A DNA stretch of 64,000 nucleotides from an uncultured Nitrososphaerales archaeon (GTDB lineage Archaea; Thermoproteota; Nitrososphaeria; Nitrososphaerales; Nitrososphaeraceae): NCBI GenBank assembly GCA_963713605.1, contig CAVQMO010000001.1, positions 512,001 through 576,000 of the forward strand. Direction: 5' to 3'. Below are positions 34,144-44,751 of the stretch, piece by piece. The notes beneath the pieces are model-generated. The model saw only the letters and a program-made list of their open reading frames with translations. It made no database searches and was not told the origin of the DNA. Each line of letters starts with the position of its first letter. Within the stretch, counting starts at the first letter, position 1. The translations under genes were made by a program, and so were the position numbers.

Positions 34144-34585
34144 ATGGCTACTAGATTCAGAAAGAGTCGAAGACAAAGGGGAAGTAGGTTTTGCGGCTGG
34201 GGGCAGATAGGGCAACATAGACAATCTGGTAGCCGAGGTGGCATTGGCGGGGCAGGAAAACACAAACACTTGTGGATCAAAACCGTCATTGAAGAACCTG
34301 ATCATTTTGGACATGATTCTACAAAACCTATGCGACAAAATAGATTAAATCGCTGGGTTAATTTGAGAGACGTAAACGATTTGGCAACCCGGTTCGGCAG
34401 TACTAACGAACATGGCAAGCTGAATACTAGATCTGAGATCGATTGGTTATAACAAGCTCTTGGGAGGAGGAACGCTCCAGAAACCTATCGTAGTACAAGT
34501 GGCCAAGGTTTCTGCAACTGCAAAACAAAAGATCGAATTAGCAGGAGGCGAAATAGTTCTGAATGAAGAAATCAGTTCAAAGTAG
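34144..34585 (+). CDS. rpl15: 50S ribosomal protein L15 (frameshift near 34424)
   Basis: RGSRFCGWG..GSRGGIGGAG; the C-terminus IGYNKLLGGG..KIELAGG lies in the next frame and ends at TAG 34585. Confidence 0.93.
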
Positions 34586-36003
34586 TGAAAGTCCATTTCG
34601 GCGCATCATAAAGCGCGTATCTACTTACATACCTCAGGTCGAAAAACCCAAGAAAAAATTAACGCTTAGTGAGAAATTTGTATGGTGCGGTATTGCTCTC
34701 CTTATCTATCTTATCATGGGCCAAGTCCCACTTTACGGTGTCACAGATGATCCTGCATTTGATTTCCTCGCTTTCGCCAGAGTAATCTTCGCTGCTCAGC
34801 AAGGAACATTATTGGAATTAGGCATCGGACCAATAGTCACTGCAGGTCTGCTAATGCAACTTCTTAAGGGATCCGAGCTGATAAAACTCAACTTCAAAAA
34901 CCCTGATGATAGGGCATTGTTTACTTCTGCGACCAAACTTGTCACGATTATAGTTATAGTTGCGGAAGGTACGCTTTATGGTTCAAGCGTTTATGGAGGA
35001 CTAGTAGCCCAACCCGAGTTTGTAGCAATCGTCATACTACAGTTGGTTGGTGCCAGCTTGATAGTTATGCTCGCTCGATGAGTAGTCCAAAAGGGATGGG
35101 GATTAGGCTCAGGTATTAGTCTTTTCATAATGGCTGGAGTTGCGCAGGGTATATGGTGGGCGGTATTCAGTCCAATTCCAGCCCCAGATGGTGGAAGCGT
35201 CGGTATCGTTCCATTCATGGTAGAGTCAGCTATGAATGGTGATTTCCAAGAAGCAATATTTAGGTCGGGACAGCTGCCGAGTCTCTTTGGCCTCATAGTC
35301 ACTGGTCTGGTATTGGCTGTGCTTGTGTACGTCCAGGGAATTCACATTGATATCCCTATCGTGTCAACAAAATATAGAGGATTTAAGGCAGTTTATCCTA
35401 TCAAGTCTGCTGTATACTTCAAACATCCCGGTTATATTGGCGTCAGCACTACTTGCCAATGCTGTTTTCATTGGCCAAATGATGTGGGCAAACTATAATC
35501 CTCAGAATTCAAACCCTGCATTCAACTATATCGCGCAATATGATCCCGGGAATCCCCAGAGTCCCACAGGAGGATTGTTGTATTACACTACCCCTCCAAG
35601 GAGCTTCGAAGCGGCGGCTCAAGACCCTGTACGGGCTGTAGCGTATGTCTTATTCCTCACCACTATAGTAACAATTTTTGCGAAATTATGGGTTGAACTT
35701 GGTGGTTTGTCACCTAAAGCTGCAGCTAAGAACTTACTTGATGCCGACGTACAAGTACCCGGGTTCAGACGTTCTGAGGGATCGGTTGAAGCTCTGCTAA
35801 ATCGTTATATCCCGTCTGTAACTATTATTGGAGGTGTAACTATAGGCCTGCTAGCATCGATTTCTGATGTGTTAAACGTTTTTGGTACAGGTATAGGGAT
35901 CCTGCTAATGGTCGATATCCTGGTGAATTACTACAATTTGCTTGTGCGTGAACAGGTTGACGTTCATATGCCAAAATTGGCGGCCTTACTTGGCAGGAAA
36001 TAA
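34563..36003 (+). CDS. secY: Preprotein translocase SecY (indels near 35075 and 35405)
   Basis: ELGIGPIVTA, KGWGLGSGISLFI, LLYTSNIPVIL, QVPGFRRS and GTGIGILLMV. Confidence 0.96.
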
Positions 36004-36004
36004 C

Positions 36005-36598
36005 ATTCATAGCAATGCTAGGGTGGTTGTAGTTGGTGTGCCTGGGGTAGGAAAAACGACGGTCATTACTCAGGCTGCTGAACAATTGAACCAATTGGGA
36101 TCAAAAACTCAAGTGGTGGTGTTTGGTTCGTTAATGTTAGACGAGGCGAAAAAAATGGGTATTAAAGACAGGGATGAAATGCGGAAACTGTCAATTACTA
36201 CCCAGCGTCAACTTCAAGAAATGGCAGCCAGGAGCATTAGCGCTATGCGAAGTGCTAATCTTGTAATCGATACTCATCTTTTTATCAATACTAGCGAAGG
36301 AAGATATCCAGGCATGCCACGAAATCTTCTGGACATATTGTCGCCTACGCATTTGGTCATGATTTCTGCAGACCCCGAAGAAATTTTTGCACGAAGGATG
36401 CAAGACGATACTAGAAAGAGAGATTTAATTTCCATAGACAGTATCAAGAACGATTTAGATGTGGCGACCATCATGATAGCAGCATCTTCCGTGTTGACTG
36501 GCGCCCCTTTTAAGATAATTTTTAACCATGAGGATAAGCTAAATGATGCTGTCCGTGAATTAGTCGAAGTAATGTCAATTAAAAGAGAGAGAAAATGA
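36005..36598 (+). CDS. adk: Adenylate kinase, archaeal type (start uncertain)
   Basis: VVGVPGVGKTT, RDEMRKL, IDTH and G.YPGMP; follows secY. Confidence 0.92.
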   Translation: MHSNARVVVVGVPGVGKTTVITQAAEQLNQLGSKTQVVVFGSLMLDEAKKMGIKDRDEMRKLSITTQRQLQEMAARSISAMRSANLVIDTHLFINTSEGRYPGMPRNLLDILSPTHLVMISADPEEIFARRMQDDTRKRDLISIDSIKNDLDVATIMIAASSVLTGAPFKIIFNHEDKLNDAVRELVEVMSIKRERK

Positions 36599-37213
36599 TA
36601 CACCCAAGCATTATCGACTCCCTCGTTATGCAGTTGCCTGGTCTAACTCCTCACTACACAAAAAATCCTCTCTTTCCTGATATGGTTTCTGCACTAATTG
36701 TGGCTGCACTAATTGCTATCTCAATGAACTTTGCAATGGCTATGCTTAGGAAGCGGACTACAGATATTGACAAGATGAATAGAGTTATGAAAGAAACCAA
36801 CGAGTGGCGAAAACAGTATACGGATGCTATCAGGAAACGCGATAAGGTTCGTGTAGAGGAGCTAAAAAAGAAGCAAGCTTCAGTAAATAAGATGACTATG
36901 GAGATGCAGCAGGCAGCAGATGAGACCGATGCTGATCTATATGATGCCTTCACTGTTGGTTTGGATACTTGTGTTTCCAGCCATATTTGGTTCTACAGCT
37001 GGTCTCTCTCCAATTCAAATTCCCTGGATTACATGTAGTCAAGAAAATGTTCAGTTGGATCAGCAAGTAGACACCGACGGGCAACCAAAAGGTGCCTGTT
37101 CTGTCCCCGGGGAGATTTTCCTATGGGGTTGGTTTCTGATTACATCATTTGCATTTAGCGGCATGATTTCCAAAATAACCAAAACGTCTATGCCTGGCCT
37201 TACCGGAAATTGA
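36595..37213 (+). CDS. DUF106/EMC3-TMCO1 (Oxa1 superfamily) membrane protein (frameshift near 36915)
   Basis: TM, coiled coil, MRPMLI, TM, then WFLITSFAF; conserved position between adk and cmk. Confidence 0.8.
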
Positions 37214-37878
37214 ACTTAAGAAACCAGGAGGTGAATGACTCCATCCATGATGGAAGTGTCGGTGCTAGAAGAGCAGTGGACGAAAGGAGACATAACAAGT
37301 TACGAACATTCTCGATAATTGTTTCAGGCTGGCCTGCGGTTGGTAAAACTACTGTTGCCGCAGAGCTAGCCAATGAATTTGGACTAAAGATTTACAACGG
37401 TGGCGATATCCTTAAACAGATCGCTACTAACATGGGATACCAAACATCTGGTACCGATTGGTGGGATAGTAAGGAGGGCAGAGAGTTCATGGAGAAAAGG
37501 AGGAGTGATCCTATTTCCGATAGGGAAGTCGATAACAAGTTGAAGGAGATCATAAAAGGCGGTAACGCAGTAATAACAAGCTATACTCTTCCATGGTTGG
37601 TAAAGGATAACTGTATCAAGCTATGGCTTCAAGGTTCCCCCCAGAATAGGGCTACAAGAATGGCAACAAGGGATAAGATTAACTATGTTAAGGCTGCGGA
37701 AATCGTAAAGGAGAGGGATTACCAGAATAGACAGATTTATGAGGATTTATACGGATTTGAATTTGGGAAGGATCTCTCCGTTTTTGATTTTTCATTAAAT
37801 ACCGATATGATGGATCTTAGTTCCCTTATCCAGATATCAAAGGAGATAGTAAGGAAGGTCAAGTACCGGGCAAATTGA
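37210..37878 (+). CDS. cmk: Cytidylate kinase, archaeal type
   Basis: VSGWPAVGKTT, GGDILK, DREVD, RA.R.A.RD and RD..R..Y. Confidence 0.85.
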   Translation: MNLRNQEVNDSIHDGSVGARRAVDERRHNKLRTFSIIVSGWPAVGKTTVAAELANEFGLKIYNGGDILKQIATNMGYQTSGTDWWDSKEGREFMEKRRSDPISDREVDNKLKEIIKGGNAVITSYTLPWLVKDNCIKLWLQGSPQNRATRMATRDKINYVKAAEIVKERDYQNRQIYEDLYGFEFGKDLSVFDFSLNTDMMDLSSLIQISKEIVRKVKYRAN

Positions 37879-38298
37879 CCGCTAATTTAGTTCAACAATG
37901 CCAATCATTAGTTCATTCATTCTTTTTCTAATTGTCATTTTATGGAGACTTTTAATTTCTTGTCCCCTTGCAGATATTTTAATTCATGTAGGACACATGA
38001 AAGACCCAAAGAAAACATTCTGACTGACATTGCAGGTTAAACCTATCATACAAAGGCCAATTCAATTTCGATTGAGTTAGTGAATTCCATCATATTCACG
38101 AATAAACACTCATCAGGAACTGTTGAATTCACGTTGACAATCAATGCTTAACTCCGCAATTCAAGCTCCATGACCATAACGACGATGGAGGGCTCTTTCT
38201 CCCTCTACCATGGTGGATCTTGTCATATCGTGGACTACAAGATAACATAGGTCAGGAAACCTTTAAATTCTGTGATCGAGGTTTTTCAGCATAAGGAA

Positions 38299-38901
38299 AT
38301 GACTACGATTAGCAAATCGATGGAAATCAAGGCTCCACTGAGCGAGGTTTTTACCTATTTCGCGCGACCTGAACACATGGCTGATCAATTCCCTGAAAAT
38401 ATGGGATTGAACATTATCCCTTTAGAAGTAAAAAATGGATTTGGGGTCGGTACCATATTTAGAATAAGCGGAGATTTTGATGGTAAGAAGCTGGAGTGGG
38501 ATTGTGAAACAATAGATTATGTGCCTCACCGCCGAATCGTGGCTAAGATGATTGACGGGCCTTTCAAGAGATGGGAAATAGTAGTTGAATTTGAGGAAGT
38601 CAATAGCAGTGCTACTAAAATCAGCATGCGCGTTGACTATGATATGCCTTTAGGACCTCTTGGTGGCTTAATGGATAAAGTCAAATTAAAGAAGACTGCC
38701 GAACGAGGAATGGAAAATGGTCTGTATAGAGTAAAGGCGTTGTTAGAGGGAACAGGTTCTATACCAGTCTATATAACCCTTGATGCCTATAGACGTGTAT
38801 TAAAAGAGAAGGAGAGACTCCACTGTTCAGTTTCAGACGCTATAGTCACGTTATTGAAGGAGCGTGATGAGAGCCGAGTAGCGGCCAATGTACCAGCTTA
38901 A
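38299..38901 (+). CDS. SRPBCC/START-fold (cyclase-like) protein
   Basis: SMEIKAPLSEVF and GPFKRW..T....VDY.MPLG.LG pattern. Confidence 0.8.
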   Translation: MTTISKSMEIKAPLSEVFTYFARPEHMADQFPENMGLNIIPLEVKNGFGVGTIFRISGDFDGKKLEWDCETIDYVPHRRIVAKMIDGPFKRWEIVVEFEEVNSSATKISMRVDYDMPLGPLGGLMDKVKLKKTAERGMENGLYRVKALLEGTGSIPVYITLDAYRRVLKEKERLHCSVSDAIVTLLKERDESRVAANVPA

Positions 38902-39041
38902 TCAGTGATTCGGGCTATTTCATTTTCTTGCAGAAAGTCAAATGGGGAGCAAAAGCCTAACTTTCTATTTTATTGATTGCGAAGAATTAGATGCTTCTAT
39001 ATTAGATTTAAATATCTGCATATCTTGAATTTCCACCTGAT

Positions 39042-39134
39042 GGGTTCGTAGCTCAGCCAGGTAGAGCGTCTGGCTCTTAACCAGTCAGTGTGAATTGGGT
39101 TATAATGTCGTGGGTCCGAATCCCACCGAACCCG
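39042..39134 (+). tRNA. tRNA-Lys(CUU) with a 19-nt intron at 42/43 (39085-39103)
   Basis: Acceptor GGGTTCG/CGAACCC; D-arm GCTC/GAGC; after splicing the anticodon arm reads TCTGG-CTCTTAA-CCAGA; T-arm GTGGG-TCCGAAT-CCCAC; TTTAAATA box at 39007. Confidence 0.92.
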
Positions 39135-39168
39135 CTACGATATCGGTTCTTAAATAGGATTCTAACGT

Positions 39169-40267
39169 ATGAAAGGGTGCACAAGATTGAAAGGAACCCC
39201 GAAAAATGATCCATATTCCTTATTCGTATTCTCATTGAAGTCCAGAGAGAGCAGGACGAAGTATACTCAGAGAATAAGCAAATTCTTTGATTTTATCGAT
39301 ATTCCTGATTCTTGCATAGAGAGTCGGTGCATTCTCTTCTTAGACAAGGGAATGCAGGACTCTAAATACGTCTTGAACAGCATCATTACGTTCTTGCGAG
39401 CCCAAAAGGAACGCATAGAAAACAAGGAAATCTCCGGGGGAACAGTTAGGAATTACGTCAATACAATCAAACTGTTATGCGAGGTGTGCGAATTTGTCAT
39501 CCCGTGGAAAAAAGTCTTGCGCGGGATGTCGAGGGGCCGAAGATGTGCTATTGATCGCGCTCCTACGCTTGAAGAAATAAAGAAGATAATCGAGTATCCT
39601 GACAGACGGATGAAATGTATAGTGTATACAATGGCCTCGTCTGGTATGAGACTTGGGGCCTGGGACTATCTCAAGTGGGGACACGTTAAACCGGTTTATG
39701 AAAACGGCGAAGTTTTGGTCGCTATGATTCGAGTGTATGCGGAAGAAGACGATGAATATCTAACAATGCAGAGAAGCATATTCTGCATTGTTAGATTGGA
39801 TGGATTTCCGAACGAGATCTGGAGAAACGGTAAACTCCGAGAGTTGGGTCCTAAGAAACCTGTGGGATTTAGAGTCCAGAGGGCAAGGGATCGCCAGTGT
39901 TCCTAAACGATTGAAGTCATCGGGTGTAAAGAGGTTAATGGAACGTGCCCAATACGCTCAGGGTGTAAGAAAGAAATAAGAGAACGGGAAGAAACGACAC
40001 GAATTTCAGTTGGACCATGGATCTAGGAAATGGTTTAAGACGCAGTGCGAGATCGCAGAAATGAAAACGATAAATATAGAGACACTTATGGGACACTCCT
40101 TAGGCACATCCGACTCGTATTATAGAATTACTGAGCAAGATCTTTTAAAGGACTATCTTAAGGCCGGACCTGGCGTTTTGACAATAAATAGTACCGAAAA
40201 GAAATTGCGAATAGTTCTTCCTTTAGTTTCGAAATTGCGAATAGTTCTTCCTTTAGTTTCGATTTAG
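39169..40267 (+). pseudogene. Tyrosine recombinase/integrase, disrupted
   Basis: SSGMRLGA (catalytic R), HGSRKWF (HxxR) and LMGH..SYY; frameshift near 39770 and TAA at 39977. Confidence 0.85.
40201..40260 (+). repeat. Perfect 30-bp tandem duplication
   Basis: GAAATTGCGAATAGTTCTTCCTTTAGTTTC x2. Confidence 0.95.
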
Positions 40268-40615
40268 ATCCAGATTTGGTAATCGGCCCGCTACGAGGAT
40301 TTGGATTCGAAAAAGCAAGACTAACGTTTTTACATGAAGAATCGTTACAGCATTGAGTCGTCTCCTTGGTTGCGTGGATGGCTAAACAGCAGCAGGAATC
40401 AGCCTTACAGTTTATGCAGATTAGAGAGTTCTCATGATATTCGCTTCGGCTGCATTCTAGAGGAGCACATTCTCATACCGTGCACTTTACTACATTATTC
40501 ATATTCTAAGTATATTCAGGGTAAGGATGGCATATAGTTAATCCATACTGGTGCGGGTGTAGATGTGTTACAAGGTAAAGCATGATCCTAGGTAATAATA
40601 AATAGAAAAAATGCC

Positions 40616-42040
40616 ATGATACGCCTGGGGTTCAACTTGGCTGATGAAAGTGAAAATAGGAGTAAAGATAAAGCAGAATATGTCAAGCCGCAGATACGGC
40701 TAGGTCTTAAACCTAATATCAATCAGTTTTTGCTCTTAATACTAGTAAACGCCTTCGTGGGTGCAATGATCGGTCTAGAACAAACAGTCGTTCCACTCTT
40801 AGGAAAAGAGGAATTTGGTCTAGAGTCCAATGTTCTAATTTTATCTTTTATTGCTAGTTTTGGGATGGTTAAGGCTATTCTCAACCTCTTTGCAGGTAAA
40901 CTATCTGATAGGTGGAACAGGAAAAAGGTCTTAATTTTAGGCTGGCTATTTGGTATACCTGTTCCTCTCATACTACTCTTTGCGCCAAGTTGGGACTGGA
41001 TCTTGATTGCAAACATAATGTTAGGAGTAAATCAAGGTCTAGCGTGGTCAATGACAGTAAACATGAAAATCGATTTGGTCGGAAAAGAGAAAAGAGGTCT
41101 GGCCTTGGGACTAAATGAATTTGCTGGCTACATCTCTGTTGCCATTGTAGGCTTCCTGACAGGTTATCTCGCAGCCGCTTATGGTTTGAAGCCATACCCA
41201 TTTTATTTGGGAATAGCATTTTCACTATTGGGTTTCATTATCTCCGTTACCTTGGTTAAAGATACTTCAAGATTTACCGAACTAGAACTACGGCAAGACA
41301 AGGAGGAGCAACTAAAAAGAGAACACCAGAAGAACCAAGAAGAAGGTGATGAGAGTTCAATAATAAGGAAAAAACCTGCAATAGAGAAAAGTGAAACATC
41401 CGTAAATTATAATCAGGAAATCGAAAATGATAATCTAAAATTCAAACAGGTATTCATTGAAACATCTTGGAAGAATCGTTCCCTATTAGCAGCGAGTCAA
41501 GCGGGGCTTGTCAATAATTTGATTTTTGGTGTGACATGGGGCTTATTTACACTCTACTTTGTTTCATTTGGAATAAGTGTAAGCGATACCGCATTTCTAA
41601 AGGCGCTACATCCTGGGGTGTGGGGGTTCTTACAACTTGCAACGGGCCCGCTAAGTGACAGAGTAGGTAGGAAGAGACTCATTTATCCTGGTATGATTAT
41701 TCAAGCAGTTGGTATCTGGATAATATTATTCTCTGCAAGTTCTTATTTTGGATTAATCATGGGGATGTCACTTTTGGGCGTGGGAACAGCCCTTGTATAT
41801 CCTACACTTCTTGCCTCAATAAGTGACATTGCGAATCCACACTGGAGGGCTACATCATTGGGTGTTTACAGATTCTGGAGAGATTTGGGTTTTGTATTTG
41901 GTGCTGTTGGTATAGGTTTTCTAGCGGACGCAGTTGGCTTAAACATCGCCATTCAGGCAGTCGCATGGATTTCTTTGGGGTCAGGAATATTTGTTCTGTT
42001 GGTTATGCATGAAACCAGGATGCCTGGCAGGTCAAATTAG
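40616..42040 (+). CDS. MFS transporter
   Basis: GKLSDRWNRK and GPLSDRVGRK (motif A); about 12 hydrophobic segments with a long central loop. Confidence 0.93.
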   Translation: MIRLGFNLADESENRSKDKAEYVKPQIRLGLKPNINQFLLLILVNAFVGAMIGLEQTVVPLLGKEEFGLESNVLILSFIASFGMVKAILNLFAGKLSDRWNRKKVLILGWLFGIPVPLILLFAPSWDWILIANIMLGVNQGLAWSMTVNMKIDLVGKEKRGLALGLNEFAGYISVAIVGFLTGYLAAAYGLKPYPFYLGIAFSLLGFIISVTLVKDTSRFTELELRQDKEEQLKREHQKNQEEGDESSIIRKKPAIEKSETSVNYNQEIENDNLKFKQVFIETSWKNRSLLAASQAGLVNNLIFGVTWGLFTLYFVSFGISVSDTAFLKALHPGVWGFLQLATGPLSDRVGRKRLIYPGMIIQAVGIWIILFSASSYFGLIMGMSLLGVGTALVYPTLLASISDIANPHWRATSLGVYRFWRDLGFVFGAVGIGFLADAVGLNIAIQAVAWISLGSGIFVLLVMHETRMPGRSN

Positions 42041-42104
42041 ATATGATGATATTGTTGTGAAATTCATCGCCTTTTAACAACTCAATCGAACCCGCATACA
42101 AAGT

Positions 42105-42118
42105 TCCGAATCCCACCG
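42105..42118 (+). repeat. att-like copy of the tRNA-Lys 3' end
   Basis: 14/14 identity to 39115-39128; CGAACCCGC at 42087-42095 also matches 39127-39135. Confidence 0.7.
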
Positions 42119-42336
42119 GAATTACAAATGTTTTGTTATTCCCATTGGTTAGCGCCTCCCGTAGACACTACGACCAGGCGGCCGAAGGTACTTTCGAGGG
42201 CTAACCCTGACTGGCTGGCTCGGCTCATCACACGACGGTTGCCACCCGAAGAGTGGCCCGCTGGTCTCAAAAAGCGTATGGAAGATATCAAGGTTATCGT
42301 TGACATGACAATTGCAACATGATGGAGCAGTTATAT

Positions 42337-42364
42337 TGATGAGGTCTGACTGATGAGGTCTGAC
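42337..42364 (+). repeat. 14-bp tandem duplication
   Basis: TGATGAGGTCTGAC x2. Confidence 0.9.
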
Positions 42365-42532
42365 GAACAAACATTCCAACTTTTGGATAGGCAAACCATA
42401 TTTGTACTAATAGGGAATCAATTTTCAAACCGCTTCCGATGTGGATACCACAAAACTAGAACCGATGTCTGTCCGGCTTAATTACTACTGAAGAACATTG
42501 GGTCATAAAATTATGTCAAATATGGTTTATGG

Positions 42533-42868
42533 GTGTTCGTTAGGACCGCAATAGAAAATGGGGAAGGTTCACTGGATAAGGAATCAACTAGTCATGAGGG
42601 CCTGCTTGATAGTTTCAGAAATGTCCTAGATATTCTTGCGGAACGAGTGTACAATGACACTAAAACAGACGTATTCGAAAATAATATAGTATCACAAAGC
42701 GGGGTTCCAAAATCAATGGTTCAAATCTACTTAAATGAATTAGAGTCTCGGTGCCTCGCCGAGGAAGTACGACCTAGACCTAGCGGTGTGGACTTCAGAC
42801 TATGGAGGATAAAGAAACAAGGGGTTAGAAGCGTTAGAGGATCAAGACCTGAAATAGTATACATCTAA
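42533..42868 (+). CDS. Hypothetical protein, winged-helix-like
   Basis: IVSQSGVPKSMVQIYLNELESRCLA..WRIKKQG resembles a wHTH pattern. Confidence 0.5.
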   Translation: MFVRTAIENGEGSLDKESTSHEGLLDSFRNVLDILAERVYNDTKTDVFENNIVSQSGVPKSMVQIYLNELESRCLAEEVRPRPSGVDFRLWRIKKQGVRSVRGSRPEIVYI

Positions 42869-42904
42869 TATATTCCAGCGATACTCTACATATAATGGCA
42901 AGAA

Positions 42905-43234
42905 ATGATTAAGGGAGACGAACTATTCATTATTGGACTTATCAGCGTGATTCTATTCCTAGGACTAAAAATACAACCGACGTTTAGTCAGTCGCTTATA
43001 GAAAATGTATCAAGCAGAAATAGCAGTACTATTAGTAATAGTACAGCGGAATCAATAGCAGAGAAGGTTGTAGATCCAGAGTCACTAATACTAGGCATAC
43101 CTGATCAGGCCGGAGAGAATGACACACTAGATCGAATGATTGGTGAATGCGGAATAATCGAGCCCAGTAGTGAGATGGAAGAAGGTGAAGAAATCGGTGA
43201 GTGTCAAGAAAGGATTCTTAATACGACAGACTGA
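42905..43234 (+). CDS. Secreted acidic hypothetical protein
   Basis: N-terminal hydrophobic signal; acidic Ser/Asn-rich body with two Cys. Confidence 0.6.
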   Translation: MIKGDELFIIGLISVILFLGLKIQPTFSQSLIENVSSRNSSTISNSTAESIAEKVVDPESLILGIPDQAGENDTLDRMIGECGIIEPSSEMEEGEEIGECQERILNTTD

Positions 43235-43785
43235 CATTGCCACAAACAAAGAATGAAATGAAGGCTAACTATAGATATTTTGCACTTGCAACCCTCTATA
43301 GTAATGGACATCTAAGGCCACGTCGAGAAGAGGATAGATAGCCCAAGCATTACTTGGGTTTAGAGGGGTATTACGACGAAAAGATACCAGTCATGATGCC
43401 TTATTTGATAGTCTTAGGATGTATTCGATGTTTTGGCAGTCCCACTGACTGGCAGGAATGTCTGACTCCGATAGAGCACGCCTCTATTTGCGTTTGAGTG
43501 TTTCCGAACCAGCCTTCATGTCTCAATCTATGGGGTTTGTCGTGGAGAAGCAAACCTCTCTTACCAATAATGCGACTATGGATGTACCAACGAAGATGGC
43601 ACTTAAGGAGTGACCTGCGAAGTAGCATTATCACTAGGACATACTATCCTTTTTAGTTAGTTCCTCGCTCGGAAATATATCAAAATGGCTATCTGTAAAC
43701 GATGCGGCAGAAACCGACCGTGTTATCTTTCTTTTTGTTACTGCGAGTTGAAAGGTCAAATTGTTCCCGAAGGAGTCTTGGAGTC

Positions 43786-43971
43786 ATGACTGCCGCTATC
43801 GAGAATGAAAACAGAGGGGATAACAAGAATCCTTGTCCAACTTGTAAGCACCCAATGGATATTCATTATTTCACAAAGGACGGAGAAGAGAGGATAAGAT
43901 GTCGAAGCATGGATTGTAAATGTGTCAGTTTGGTGGGTCATGATCCAGAAGGTCTATTAGACGAACTCTAA
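43786..43971 (+). CDS. Small Cys/His-rich (putative Zn-binding) protein
   Basis: CPTCKH....H and C....CKC. Confidence 0.55.
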   Translation: MTAAIENENRGDNKNPCPTCKHPMDIHYFTKDGEERIRCRSMDCKCVSLVGHDPEGLLDEL

Positions 43972-44424
43972 AAACTTCACATGATAAACTGAGGGATACA
44001 TTCAGATTGTCTTTGCAGTATGGTGCGTCACTGAGGACTTCAGGCTTTCACTGCAGTTCTGGCATAATTGGATAATAACTATTAATATGATAGTGTGTGT
44101 GCCAGAAGTCCCACACAAAGCCAAGATTGGTTCTGAAGTAGCACCTTTATGGTAAGTCTGACCTCCAGATTCTCCTGGAAGATGCTGTCTTCTGTGATTA
44201 CTTGAGCATTTAAGGTTTAAATCAATAGTGACGATTTTCCCATGATAGAATGGGATATGCGTTTGTTGCTGCTGCATGACCTGACGGATGCATTTAGAAT
44301 GTCTTTGCAGTATTGGAAAAGCGACTAGGCGAAAGGAATTTGTGAAGGGATTTTTATCGCTTAATCCCTTGAAACCAACTCGACAAAACCTTAAATCTTG
44401 TTACCATTAGTGCTTCTGGCAGAG

Positions 44425-44751
44425 ATGGCAGAAGATACGAGAATAGATGAGGGCACACTAGAAAGAATCTGGTCGAACTTGATGAACCACTTATGTGAAA
44501 GGCATGGGAGGCAGGCTAGAAATGTAAACCCTACATCGGACAATCCTAGACCTACTGATTGGGAGATAGAGAACCTTCGAAATGGACGTTATGGCGGATA
44601 TGATAATGCGGCATACTTCAGAAGACATTTGGCAGAACTAGCGAATCGGTATCCTGAAATACAAATTGAAGGAGATGTTATCAGGCTTACACCCCAAGGT
44701 GTAGATTATTGCAATTCCAATTTTCCAGGCTGGCAAAGAGAATTTAAATGA
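44425..44751 (+). CDS. Hypothetical protein
   Basis: CTTAAA box upstream, clean ORF, T-run after the stop; C-terminal IRLTPQG resembles a wHTH wing. Confidence 0.6.
   Translation: MAEDTRIDEGTLERIWSNLMNHLCERHGRQARNVNPTSDNPRPTDWEIENLRNGRYGGYDNAAYFRRHLAELANRYPEIQIEGDVIRLTPQGVDYCNSNFPGWQREFK

Larger units (their letters stand above)
39115..42118 (+). mobile_element. About 3-kb integrated element (integrase + MFS) bounded by a 14-bp tRNA 3' repeat
   Basis: TCCGAATCCCACCG occurs at 39115-39128 and 42105-42118. Confidence 0.65.

Noticed and set aside
40201..40262. 30-bp repeat as a CRISPR array
   Set aside because: The copies are adjacent with no spacer, and no cas genes are present.
42337..42372. 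CTGATGA..GAA as a hammerhead ribozyme or C/D-box sRNA
   Set aside because: Stem II is not formed, GAAC replaces GAAA and stems I/III are missing; C-to-D spacers are only 3 nt. A 14-bp tandem duplication explains it.
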